Source of the DNA: Octopus sinensis
Taxonomy: Eukaryota
DNA length: 64,000 nucleotides
Direction: 5' to 3'
Assembly (NCBI RefSeq): GCF_006345805.1
Contig: NC_043010.1
Coordinates: 43,834,001 to 43,898,000, forward strand
The notes under the pieces are model-generated. The model saw nothing but the letters and a program-made list of their open reading frames with translations. It did not search any database and was not told the DNA's origin. This document shows, one piece after another, positions 50,095 through 62,100 of the stretch. Position 1 is the first letter of the stretch. Every line of letters begins with the position of its first letter. The position numbers and the translations under genes are program-made.

Positions 50095-51954
50095 ATGCAA
50101 GATGGAAGTCTTTTGGATCAATCCATTTTCTGTGAAAACCTTTATCACCCAGCATCCCTCAGCTTCAGTGATTTGCATGTCCAGCAGGTGTCCACGATGT
50201 CTGATAGTGACAGTAGCCAGCAAGTTGAGCACTCCAGCCAACTTGGTGTACTAGGAGGACTTTGTAATCAAATTCCTCAACACTGTTCCACTACTAATTT
50301 ATTGAAGTTTGGTGTGCCGCTGGCGGCCTGCACTGACTCAAGTGACTTAATAAGTAATAATTCAACAGTGAATATAGTTGCCAGTAGCAACAACTGTAAC
50401 GGAGAAAGCTGCAGTAGCGGACTGGGCACATTGTATTCTGCGAGTTTGGGTAAAGTTATGGATGGTGTTGGTGGGGTTGTAGTGGTTGGAGACAACGGAA
50501 CAACAGGGGGCGACAACAGCAGCAACAATACAGTGGGGTCTGGTGTTAACGGTAGTGAAACAAGCAGCAGTGTGACTGGAACTGCTGCTGTGGCAACAAC
50601 AGCTGCAGTAGTGTGCAGCAACAATATCAGCAGCAGCAACAACAATAATAGTAGCACCAGTAACAACAGCAGCGGGGCTGGTAACAACTGCAGCAACATT
50701 GCAATTCCTAATAACAGTAGCAACAAAAAGAAGCAAGCTCAGATGCCACAGCAGCAGCAACAACAGCCAGGGACACCGGTTGGCTCTGGGTCAGTATCAT
50801 CACAGCAGCCCACTACAGTAGCAGATCAGCTTCTCGGGGGTGTGGTTTCATCTCCATTACACCTTGGTTTGACTACAGATTCTGTTGCTCCAAATCCAGC
50901 TGTTGGAGTGACGTCAATGACTGCTGCAGGTGTAGCTGCTTCCTCTTCATCATCATACTCATCATCTATTACATCTTCGTCATCTTCACCAGCCTCATCT
51001 TCCTCTGCTGCATCAGTAGTGCCAAATTTTTGGTCAACTGCATCAGCTGAAGATACTTTCCTGCAGGGCTTCCAGTCATTAAATGGAACTGTTGCCTTTC
51101 AGCAATTTCCCCCTAACCCTAGTACCTTGTTTGGCACAGGGATAACTGCTGCTGCACACATGAGCAGCCTTGGACACATGGCTGCTCAGCAGCAAGCTAC
51201 AGCCCCTCAGAGACGAGCGATAACAGCCCATCATAACTTTCAACAGCAGCAGCAACAACAGCGACAACAGCAGCAAGCAAATATTTTACTTAACACCTCT
51301 AAAACATATCCTGCATGGAGTTCAGCACCTCAGCCATCACTGTGGACCACAGCAACAGCAACAGCTCAGCCAGGGGGAGGCAATAACAGTGGGAATAGTC
51401 AAAGTGGCGGTGCAAGAACTCCAGGTGGCGGCACTGGTGTTCAAGGGCAAAGTACTATTGTCAGTCCTGGGGTGACTATGTCACAGTCACAGGGTGTGTC
51501 ATTAGCTTCTCAACAAAACCAACATCACCAACAGCAAGCCGCTGCTGGTCTCTCTCCTTGGGCTAGCATGCCTCAACAGCAGCCAGCAGCACAACAGCAT
51601 CATCAGCAGCGTCGCTCTGTCCCAAGTATAAACCCTCCTGTGGCTCCAATTAAAAAACCAACTTTTCAAAGCCAGCCAGGACAACAACAGCAACAGCAGA
51701 GTGGTGGTAATCCAGTAGGACCACATGGCACTCATTCTCACCAGGGTGCCTCCCTTGGACACCAAGGGCCTTTGAACCCTAACCAAGGCCAGTCTCATCC
51801 CCAGCTTGGTCAGACTTCTCTCATTTCTCCTTCCAAGTTCCGACGGAGTACATCGTTCCCAGGTCAGATGCAGCAGCAAGCAGCAGTTGGTGCAAAACCC
51901 TCTGTAGAAATTACTAGTGTTGATGACCAGCGGGATGTTTTACTTGCATACTCC
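50095..51954 (+). CDS. CPEB4: First coding exon of a cytoplasmic polyadenylation element-binding protein, CPEB2/3/4 (Orb2) subfamily; Q/N/S-rich low-complexity N-terminal domain
   Basis: 620 open codons from ATG 50095 (second ATG 50197) to the phase-0 donor CTCC|GTAAGT. From recalled CPEB3/4 sequences: NFWS..AEDTFLQG..NGTVAFQQFP resembles NWS..NEDASFF..NGALLFQNFP, and RRSVPSINPPVAPIKKP..ISPSKFRR resembles RR..PLNPISPLKKP..IAPPKFPR. RRMs lie outside the window, so the paralogue label is approximate. Confidence 0.85.
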
Positions 51955-52048
51955 GTAAGTACATTTCTTTGACATTTGTTTTTATATTTGATATAATTTA
52001 TCTTTGCTTGTCTTGTCTGAGTTAACTTTTGTAGCATCTCTCTCTCTC

Positions 52049-52096
<48 letters not shown>

Positions 52097-52455
52097 GCAA
52101 ATAAGGGCAAATGGAGAGGATAACAAAATGATATACATCAGCTTGTAGGCATTCCAGTGTGTCTATTTATTCAAAAGTATTAGAAAGTATTAGAAGAGTA
52201 CATAGACATGTAGTAACTATGTGTTACACACACATGTATTAATTAATATTAAAGGAAAGAGTATAAGATCAGTTCCTTACCGTATAAATAAAGGGTAAAC
52301 CACTTTTTACCCCCATCCATATATGACTCTCAATTGCGAGATTGCCATGCAATAACCAGCATTTGGGTATGAATAATTAGGTACACGACCAGCAGTATAT
52401 TGGATAGGTGCTATCCCTTAGTTGGTTGGCTTCCCAACCTCTAACTCCCACACAA

Positions 52456-52496
<41 letters not shown>

Positions 52497-52497
<1 letters not shown>

Positions 52498-52650
52498 GTG
52501 CAAGTGTGGCTGTGTGGTTAGAAGTTTCTCTCCAACCACGTAGTTCCGGGATCAGTCAAACTGCAGGGCACTTTGAGCAGGTGTCTTCTATTATAGCCTC
52601 ATGCTTTGTGAGTAGGTATTGAGAGAGAAACTGAAAGAAGTCCATTGTGT
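52497..52650 (+). mobile_element. SINE family 2, 5' half
   Basis: gtgtggctgtgtggttagaag..ctttgagcaggtgtcttctattatagcc. Confidence 0.65.
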
Positions 52651-52794
52651 GTGTGGGTGCATGCACATGTATTTTAGCCTAAAAGGTGTGGCCATGTGCC
52701 AAATTGTTACCACCTTTTCAATTGTTATACTTTTGTGATTGTCTTTTGGTGAAGGAGACAGTTTGATGTTGTTGCCCACTTTTGAGTTTCTTTC

Positions 52795-53365
52795 TACTAT
52801 GTAGGTTCATCTGGGACCTTGGACAGCAGGAGGTCAAGTTATTTCTTGTAAACATCTATGACTCAGTCCATGTAGTTTCCTCAGATGTTTTGACAAGATA
52901 TTAAATAGCTATGAAATTTTGAATCCCAAGCTATTGCTGTATGTCCTCATACTAGATGAGATGGTTAGGATCTTTGGAGCAGTGTAGTGACATCAGTTTA
53001 CAAACTGGTATAACTCTCAATGGCAAAGTTTGGTGCCAATCTCTTTAGGATCTTCCATATGTATATTACTCCATACCTCTTCTGTCTTTGTTCCTGGAAG
53101 GAGAGTCATAACTGTTGCAGTCTCTCCCAGCACTTCAACTATACCATTGATGCAATCTTATTTGTGTAGCTCCACTGAACGGACATTAGTTCCTCTATTA
53201 ATTTAACATAGTGGTGTGACAACTGTTGAGAGAAGTAGCTCTGACAGCAGAATATAATGTCCTTCATAGAACCGGCATATTTCCTGGTCTCTTGTTCTGA
53301 AAGTTCTCAGAATCCATCTGCCTATTTGCCTTCATGTTGCCACGACTTGGTGATATGTACATGAA
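52795..53365 (-). mobile_element. CR1-like LINE 3' fragment
   Basis: Ends with LDLLLSKVPDEP, as in the other CR1 copies. Confidence 0.65.
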
Positions 53366-53379
53366 ATAAGGTGTCAATT

Positions 53380-53487
53380 AGTCAATATGTGTGTGTGTAT
53401 ATATCTGTATATGTGTCTATGTATTTATACATGTGTGTGTCTGTATGTATATATATGTATGTGTGTGTATATATATATATATATTTA

Positions 53488-53534
<47 letters not shown>

Positions 53535-53678
53535 ATATATATATATATGTGTGTGTGTATATATATATATATGTGTATATGTGTATCTGTATATATATGT
53601 ATATGTATATATATATATATGTGTATGTATATATATATATTATATATGTGTCTGTATATATATGTATATATATATGTG

Positions 53679-53721
<43 letters not shown>

Positions 53722-54065
53722 GTATGTATGTATGTATATGTATGTATGTATGTATATGTATGCATGTATATGTATGTATGTATATGTATGCATGTATATG
53801 TATGCATATATATGTATGCATATATATGTATGCATGTATATATATGTATGCATGTATATATATGTATGCCTATATATTTAAAGTATATATGTATGTATAT
53901 ATATATCTATGTATGTATGTATATATCTATGTATATATATGTGTATATATGTGTGTATATTTGTATATTGTATATGTTTGTATATTGTATATGTTTGTAT
54001 ATTGTTTATATGTGTATATGTGTGTGTATCTATGTATGTATATATATATATATATATATATATGT
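53380..54065. repeat. Compound (TA)/(TG)/(TATG) microsatellite
   Basis: Low-complexity tract. Confidence 0.95.
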
Positions 54066-54115
54066 CTCAACCACTAATCACTAAAGCTTTTTTATACTCT
54101 CTATTTTCTCGTGTT

Positions 54116-54153
54116 CCTTTCTGTTGAAGAGTGTAGGCTCGAAACGTAAAAGA
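54116..54153 (+). ncRNA. Minimal hammerhead motif, A6U core variant
   Basis: CCTTT CTGTTGA A GAGT-GTAG-GCTC GAAA CGTA AAAGA. Confidence 0.6.
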
Positions 54154-55089
54154 CATTCTCACCTTCTCGAGCATTAAACTAATGCATCTGTTTATGCACC
54201 TGTCTTCGTATTTTTTTTTTTTTTTTCGAGAATTCCATTTATATACATTTGTATATATATAAATGTCCTGTACATCGGACAAACGGGACGCCGCCTGGCT
54301 GACTGGTTCGCGGAACACCTCCGAGACATCCACCTCGGCAATGACACTCCAGTCTCACGCCATGTCCGCTCCACCGGTCACTCCTTGCCACACCTGTCTG
54401 TCTTCAGATTGTCCTTGCACAGAGGCCATCCGGACTCCCTCTTGCACCATGGACAGCGGTTAATCTTCTCTCTTCGCTCTTTTACGCCATTTGGGCTCAA
54501 CTCCCCACCCCTTTTCATCTAACCTCCTCCCCGACTCCTTTTCACCCCTACTCTCTTTTCCTTCTATTCTCTTTCCCTCTTCTCCCTTCTCTCTTTCTCT
54601 CTGCTCCCTCCCTCTCATATCCCCTCTCTCCACCTCCCTCCTCCTCCTCCCCCTCTTCTTTCCTCCGCTTTCTTCTCTTCTCGCCCTCCCCCTCTCTTTT
54701 CTCCTCTCTCTCCTCCCCTTCTCTCCTCCTCTCTCACCTCACATACCCACCGACCCCTATCTCCCCCACATACCCCACCCTCCACCTACCCACAACCCCC
54801 AGTCAAACCCACACCCCACCTGTGCTTTTCACACTCTCGCCTCCCCCACCTCCCCACATCTCCACATCCACACACGTCCAGACGACCAGCCCTCTTTCAC
54901 ACGTACATACATGCTCTCTTATACACACACACACCTTTGTGTTGGGGGCTCCTTCATATTGGAAGTCACTTGACCTTGTTATCTCCCCTACTGTCCCTCT
55001 TGCTTCTGACTATTCTGTCCAAAGTCAGACGCCATGATAGATCGTTAGCTACTACACACATTTTTTTCTCTCGCTGTTTTTTCTGTGTA

Positions 55090-55127
55090 TCTTTCTGTGG
55101 AAGAGCGTAGACTTGAAACGTAAAAGA
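55090..55127 (+). ncRNA. Minimal hammerhead motif, A6U core variant
   Basis: TCTTT CTGTGGA A GAGC-GTAG-ACTT GAAA CGTA AAAGA. Confidence 0.6.
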
Positions 55128-55236
55128 CTTTTTCTATTCCTGAGCGCTATACTAATACATTTGTTTGTTTGTACACCACCTGCCTTCGTCTTTTGTTTAT
55201 TTTCCTAAACTTTGCCTTTATATATATATATATATA

Positions 55237-55506
55237 TTTCTACACTCTCGAGTGTTTGGCGTTAGGAAGGGCATCCAGCCGTAGAAACTCTACCAGATCA
55301 AGATTGGAGCCTGGTGCAACCATCTGGTTCACCAGTCTTCAGTCAAATCGTCCAACCCATGCTAGCATGGAAAGCGGACGTTAAATGATGATGATGTACA
55401 TATGTATATATATATGTGTTTGTGTGTGTGTATATATATATGTTTGTGTATATATATATGTGTATATATATATGTATATATGTGTGTGTGTGTATATCTA
55501 TCTATC

Positions 55507-55537
<31 letters not shown>

Positions 55538-55765
55538 ATATATTTCTACACTCTCGAGTGTTTGGCGTTAGGAAGGGCATCCAGCCGTAGAAACTCTACC
55601 AGATCAAGATTGGAGCCTGGTGCAACCATCTGGTTCACCAGTCTTCAGTCAAATCGTCCAACCCATGCTAGCATGGAAAGCGGACGTTAAATGATGATGA
55701 TGTACATATGTATATATATATGTGTTTGTGTGTGTGTATATATATGTTTGTGTATATATATATGT

Positions 55766-55798
<33 letters not shown>

Positions 55799-55811
55799 AT
55801 ATCTATCTATC

Positions 55812-55850
<39 letters not shown>
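55237..55850 (+). repeat. 306-bp tandem duplication of an RTE/SINE tail plus microsatellite
   Basis: The non-repetitive parts of the units starting at 55237 and 55543 read identically. Confidence 0.85.
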
Positions 55851-55852
<2 letters not shown>

Positions 55853-55879
55853 ATATATACATATATACATATACATCGG

Positions 55880-56230
55880 AGACGGAGACCCCCTTCAGTC
55901 ACAAATCACCATGGGATTGCACCTAGAAAGTTACACTCCAAGTTACCCACAAATTCGGGCAAGGTTGTTTTCTTTTATGGAATACCAGCAGTCGAGCATG
56001 CATATGAGCCTCCCCTCTCCATGCCACCGGTGTTATCCAAAGGAAAAGCAAAGGGCGATACAACTTGGCACCAGTGACATCACAACTCATTTCTACAGCT
56101 GAGTGAACTAGAGTAACGTGAAACAAAGTGTCTTGCTCAAGAACACAACACGCAGCCCTGTCTGAGATTCAAACTCACTACCTCATGGTTGTAAGTTCGT
56201 TGCTCTAACCACTGAGCCATGTGCCTTCAC
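55880..56230 (-). mobile_element. CORE-type tRNA SINE (family 3)
   Basis: GTGAAGGCACATGGCTCAGTGGTTAGAG head and GTGTTCTTGAGCAAGACACTT motif. Confidence 0.75.
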
Positions 56231-56289
56231 ATACATACATATACATATATACACATATACACATATATACATTTATATATAACGGGAAG

Positions 56290-56460
56290 CTTTATGAAAA
56301 TAAACAAAAGACGAAGGCAGGTGGAATATAAACAAACAATTGTATTAGTATGGCGCTCAGGAATATAAATAAAACAAGTCTTTTACGTTTCGAGCCTACG
56401 CTCTTCAACAGAAAGATACACAGAAAAGAAACATGGAGAGAAACAAGGAGAGAAAAAAAA
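56290..56460 (-). mobile_element. Solo PLE terminal repeat with A6U hammerhead (56379-56416)
   Basis: Reverse complement of 55050-55215; TCTTT CTGTTGA A GAGC-GTAG-GCTC GAAA CGTA AAAGA. Confidence 0.75.
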
Positions 56461-56504
56461 TGCGTGCAGAAGCTAGCGAATCAACATGGCGATCTGCCTT
56501 TAAC

Positions 56505-56638
56505 ATTTATATATACATGTATATGTGTATATATATGTGTATATATATGTATTTGTATATGTGTATATATATGTATTTATATATATGTATATATGTGTAT
56601 TTTTTATGTATATATATATATATATGTGTGTGTGTATA

Positions 56639-56682
<44 letters not shown>

Positions 56683-56905
56683 TGTATATATATACATATA
56701 TGTATATATATATGTATATATGTATATATATGTATATGTATATATATGTATATATATATATATATGTATATATATACATATGTATATATATACATATATG
56801 TATATATATACATATATGTATATATATGTATATGTATATATATATATGTATATGTATGTATATGTATATGTATATACATATATGTATATATATATATATA
56901 TGTGT
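56505..56905. repeat. (TA)n/(TATG)n microsatellite
   Basis: Low-complexity tract. Confidence 0.95.
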
Positions 56906-56944
56906 GTGTTTTGGGGGGGGGGTTTGTAGTTTCAGCTCATAGCC

Positions 56945-59850
56945 ATGGCCATTCTTGAGTACTGCCGTTTTACTACACTGTTATTACTGAGATCCTCTCT
57001 AACATGTGGAGGTTGATGTAGCTACCCTGATTTGCTCCTCTTGCCATAGGTTCATCTGGGATTCTTGATAGGAAGAGGTTCAGCCTTGATTTAAAAACAC
57101 CTACATCTACTTTGTGCAGATTCCTAAGGCTCTTTGAGAGAATATTAAAAAGCTGTGGGCCTCTGAAACCCAGGCTGTTGCAGTAACTGGTCCTGAAGCA
57201 CGATGGCATAGCTGGGATCTTTGGCACTGTGCAGTACCAACCTGTTCTGGCATTGATGTAGCTTTCAATGCCAAAATTTGGCACAATTCCTTCCAGGATC
57301 TTCCAGATGTATATTACTGCATACCTCACCCACCTTCACTGCAGGGAGTAGAGCCTTACCTGTTTCAGCCTTTTGCAGTAGCTGAACTGTTCCAAAGAGA
57401 TGATCTTTTTTGTGAAGCTTCGCTGGATTGCTTCAAGGTCCGCTGTTAATTTTACACTGTTGGGTGACCATTGCTGGGAGCAGTAATCCAGGTGGCTGAG
57501 TACGACTATCCGCCAGAGGACCATCATGGTTTCCTTATCTCTGGTTCTAAATGTTCTCAGGATCCAGCCAGCCAGTCGTCTGCACTTTGTCACCATCCTG
57601 GTAATGTGCACTTGGAAAGAGGTATCCTCACTCATGTCGATACCCAGGTCCCTCACTGATTTAATTCCTTGTGTACCAGTGTACCCTGTAAATTTCATAT
57701 TCAGTTAGCACAAGTCTTGGAATTTTTCAGCATTAAACTGCATATTATCCTCAGCCCATTTGTAAATTGAGTCCGTCTGTGTTTCAGTGGGGTGATAGAG
57801 ACTCTTTTGAACTGGTCATTCAGTACCTCACTGATCCTGGTTGAACTATGTGTGAGGGAGCCATCCTTTTGGAAGAAGGGTCCTATCTTGCAGCGTACTG
57901 ATATTGTTTCTTTTGCATAATGAAAGAAGGCCTTTGGGATTAACTTAATGTTTTTTATAACCCAGGCTTCTTTGTCTGCTCTCTTCCTCACAGGATTGTT
58001 GCAGGCTGTTTTTAATCTCCATTCAGTGTTGTTTTTAGGCAGGACCTTTGGCTACTTTTGGAATGTTGGTTGAGGCAGTCTGCAACCTTTTGCCTATTGT
58101 CTCATGAGGCTCTTCCTCTCCCTTGGAATTTTGTTCCTTTTTGTGTTAGCCTTGTGCTCTGGGACTTATTTCTGGCATATGGTTTGCATAACAGACATGA
58201 AATTTTCTAGTATCCTTCCAATGTCTGGTGTGGAGAGGCATTTCAGCCAGTACTGTCTGAGGATCTCTTTTTACATTGATTTCCAATCTGCTTTGTGGAA
58301 GTTCACATTGGAGAGATTTTGGGTGCTTCCTTAAGGCTGTATGTCTCTTGCTACTTTTGCCCCATATGGAAGCTCTATTATCTTGTGATCTGAGACTAAT
58401 GTCAGCGTCACTTTCACATCATCAACGATGTTCATATTGTTTGTGAAGGAGAGATCCAAAATGTTATTCACTCTAGTTGATCTGAGTACAACTTGCTCCA
58501 TGAATAGGGCATTGGTGAAGTTGAGCAGGGACTCCACTTGTTCTTGTTTGCAATGAGTCACTCCTGAGAGCATGAGGCCTTCCTGCCATTTGACATTGGG
58601 GAAGTTGAAATCACCCACAAGAAATAGGCTCACGTGGTGTTCCAGTTTCATGAGGATTTCTTTCATTCTTGTGAGGCAATCTTCAAACTTGTCTATGTGG
58701 TTTGGAGCATCCTGTGGGTGATATGTATTGCATATGACTATATTATGTTTTCTTATGTATACGATTAGAGTATCACATACTGAATTTGAGTATGACAGTA
58801 AGACCTGGGGGTGTGAGATCATCACAGATGTGTACAGCAACTCCACTATGGCTCCTTTCCATTCTGTCTGTTTGTAGTATGGTATATTTTGATTTGTGTA
58901 CTTCTGCATCCTCTGTATCAGGGCTCAGATGAATTTCCATGAGTGATACACATAGGGCTTGACTGCATGCAGCAATGTCTCTCAGGAAAATAATTTTGCT
59001 TTTGTTGTTATGATGCAACAGGCCCCCCAGTTTTCAGTAAAAATATTGGTGTGACAACTGTGCAGGCGTTAGGGGAGGCCATCCCATGTCTGATTGTGGT
59101 GGTGGGCAACATTCCTTGTTTGTGCTTGATCTACCCAGGTCAGCTGCTGCACAATCTTTTGCACCATGCACAAAAAATACTTGCTTGGCTGTTGCCTTGT
59201 GTATAACATCTGAAGAGTGCACTGGTTTTGCATATTTTATCTTTGGAGGTAATTGATGCCTTTCCTCAGGGAAGTATTTCTCCTTAAAGCCCCTGTAGTT
59301 TTGGCGGGATCTTGGGTGAGCGAACCAGCAGTTTGTACTGTCTTCCTCATGCCAACATTTGCCTTCTCTCCTCTAGGGGTTTCGGTTTCCATGGGAGCCT
59401 CCATCTTTCAGTTTTTTGTTTGGTGGTTTGGGGTTTCAGTTTTAGTTATTTCACTTTTTCCTTTTCATTTTTCTCCCCTTCCTTCTTTATGTTTGTGCTC
59501 ATGTTCTTTCCTTCCTTTTCTTGTGGTAGCATTTGCATTCCTCTAGTTGTCCAATGGGGTGAGTACTCTGTTCCTTTGTAGGACCACTGGCACAAAGGGG
59601 CTTCTGGTTACTGCTTCTTGGGCTCCCTATTCTTATCAGCCTGGTCGTTCACAGGGGTGGGGTGTTCCATTCTTTTGAGGAACCATTTGATCAAAGAGAC
59701 TTCAGGTTTTTGATTCATTTTTCCTATCCTTATCAGTCTTGCCACAGTAGTTTTCTATGATGACATCAAGAGTGTCAATGTGTGGTCTGATAAGGGCTTA
59801 GGGTTAGATGAATTCATTTTCCTTCTGCTCTATGTGATCAATGGTTCTAC
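56945..59850 (-). mobile_element. CR1-like LINE: ORF1 remnant, AP endonuclease and 3' end, RT core deleted
   Basis: SLMEIHL..QTDRMERSHSGVA, FLVGDFNFP, STRVNNILDL, SDHKII (APE domain). FRTRDKETM..LYSL and [13 protein letters not shown] (3' end). Confidence 0.85.
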
Positions 59851-59867
59851 AGAAGCCATTGTTCTGT

Positions 59868-59899
<32 letters not shown>

Positions 59900-59911
59900 A
59901 AAATATATGTA

Positions 59912-60275
59912 TGGGAGTGGCTATGTGGTAAGTAGCTTGCTTAGCAACCACATGATTCCGGGTTCAGTCCCCCTCCATGGCACCCTGGGCAAGTGTTTTC
60001 TACTATAGCCTCAGGCTGACCAGAGTCTTGTGAGTGGATTTGGTAGATGGAAACTGAAAGAAGTCCATTGTATATATGTTTGTGCATCTTTTTATCCCCC
60101 AAACATCATTTAATGACCGATTCTCGTGCATCTATATCCCCGTAACTTAGCAGTTCAGAAAATGAGACCAATAGAATAAGTACTAGGCTTACAAACAATA
60201 AGTCCTAGGGTCAATGTGCTCAACTAGAGGTGATGCTCCAGCATGGCCACGGTCAAAATACTGAAACAAATAAAA
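59912..60275 (+). mobile_element. SINE family 2
   Basis: Head-to-tail match to 19322-19735. Confidence 0.85.
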
Positions 60276-60386
60276 GGATATATATATATATATTATATAT
60301 ATATATATTATTTTATTCTTTTATTTGTTTCAGTCATTTGACTGTGGCCATGCTGGAGCACCACCCTTAATATATATATATATATA

Positions 60387-60681
60387 TTGGAGCACTCCGT
60401 CAGTTACAATGATGAGGATCCCAGCTGATACGAACAATGGAACAGCCTGCTCATGAAATTAACATGCAAGTGACTGAGCAATCCACAGACACATGTACCC
60501 CTAATGTAGGTCTCAGGGAGATTCAGCGTGACACAGGTACAATTCATTTTTGCCAGCTGAGTGAGCTGGAGCAACATGAAATAAAGTGCCATGCTCAAGG
60601 ACACAACGCGTCGCTGGGAATCGAACTCACGACCTTACAATCGTGAGCCGAATGCCCTAACCACTAAGCCACACGCCTTCA
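60387..60681 (-). mobile_element. CORE-type tRNA SINE (family 3), full length
   Basis: GTGAAGGCGTGTGGCTTAGTGGTTAGGG..GAGTTCGATTCC with A/B boxes, then TGTGTCCTTGAGCATGGCACTT. Confidence 0.85.
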
Positions 60682-61242
60682 CGTCCATATATACACACAC
60701 ACACTTTACTTCACCCAAGGGCACATATGGAGACACACGTCCACACATATGGAGATGCATATCCATACATGCAAATACAGTACATAGTTGCAAAACACAC
60801 ATATGCACACACACTCAGACATGCACACACAAAGCGACAGAAGTTCACACACACACATATACAAACACACACGCATACACATACGTAAATCACACAAACA
60901 TGGACATGCAAACACACACACATGCATACACACATACATGCATGCATGTATAGTCACACACACACTGATCAACACACGTGCACAAACAAAAAGGAACGCA
61001 GTATGAGTAATGGACAGAGTCAACGACTACTGAAAAGGTTGCAAAACGCAATGAAAAGTTTTGAAAAATGAAAGAGAAATAAGTGGTGATTTTACTGGTG
61101 AGTGTGTTAAATAATAAGGTACCAAAAGAGAACGACTCTCCTCAGACACAGCAGAATATGCTTCAACACACAAACTCACATAAAGAATCTTGCAAACCAA
61201 ATCCAAAAATCGAAATATAAAATACATATATATATATCTTAT

Positions 61243-61490
61243 GGAGGTAGAAACTCCATAAGATGTACCCAGTGTAAGCTATGGACACATAAGAGCAGCA
61301 ACATCAAAGGCAAATTAACTGAGAAGATAGCTTTCATGTGCGGCAGATGCACAGGGGCAATAGACACCACAGATACTCAGAAAACAGATTCCATCACACC
61401 CCAGGGAGAAAAACTAGAAGTAGTTAATAGTTTCCGCTACCTAGGTGACCAAGTTAGTAGTGGAGGTGGATGCTCAGAGAGTGTCACCAT
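61243..61490 (+). mobile_element. RTE-type RT-region fragment
   Basis: WTHKSSNIKGKL..FMCGRCTG..EKLEVVNSFRYLGDQVSSGGGCSESV. Confidence 0.7.
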
Positions 61491-61539
61491 ATGAGCTGAA
61501 ACTAGATCAAATCAAATCAGATATGATATATATATAATC

Positions 61540-62100
61540 TACTATATGGGAAATTCTTGTGTAATATCTAAAAAGCTGACTTTCATTACATCATCATCAA
61601 AAACGACACCTAAGCCCATTCTACAGCAAAACTTAACTATTCTTAACCTTTTGTACTTTTCGGTTACAAACATTTTAAAGGTAGAGTAAACAATCATCAC
61701 AATATAGAGCTCCATTGTTCCTTGGGAACTGGTCTGCCATTTCATAAAGTACATATATACCGACCAAATCAGCTATTTGTGTTGAATCAGAACTTCTCAT
61801 CGTAACATCAAAACCATCAGGTATATCTTTACGGACCCACAGCTTGTTATCAAATTTTATCTTCTGACAGTTTTTAAAAAAAACTTAACGTTCTGTTCAT
61901 CATTATACACATCCATCACATTCTATTAAAATGTCTTATTGATGAGTTTGGTTTCTTTCTTTCTTTCCCTGATGAGAAGATTACATTGTTTTACACCATC
62001 TTATTCCTTTCGAATAATACCAGTGTTGTCTTCGGAAGTAAAAGAATTTGAATAACACTTGCGTTTAACTCCATTTATTTATTTATATTATACAAAATAT
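61540..62100 (-). mobile_element. Naiad-type PLE RT fragment, highly decayed
   Basis: ..LYIVMIVYSTFK..RLRIVKFCCRMGLGV..VSFLDIT resembles LYRDDGL..K.I.K.F...GL..VNFLDVT. Confidence 0.55.

Larger units (their letters stand above)
54085..55215 (+). mobile_element. 5'-truncated Neptune-type PLE: terminal repeat, GIY-YIG tail, CT-rich 3' UTR, terminal repeat
   Basis: LYIGQTGRRLADWFAEHLRDI at ~54265-54340. Direct terminal repeats at 54085-54240 and 55050-55215, each with a hammerhead motif. Confidence 0.8.

Noticed and set aside
50277-51879. Antisense ORFs over the CPEB exon
   Set aside because: Poly-Leu shadows of CAG/AAC-rich codons; no independent support.
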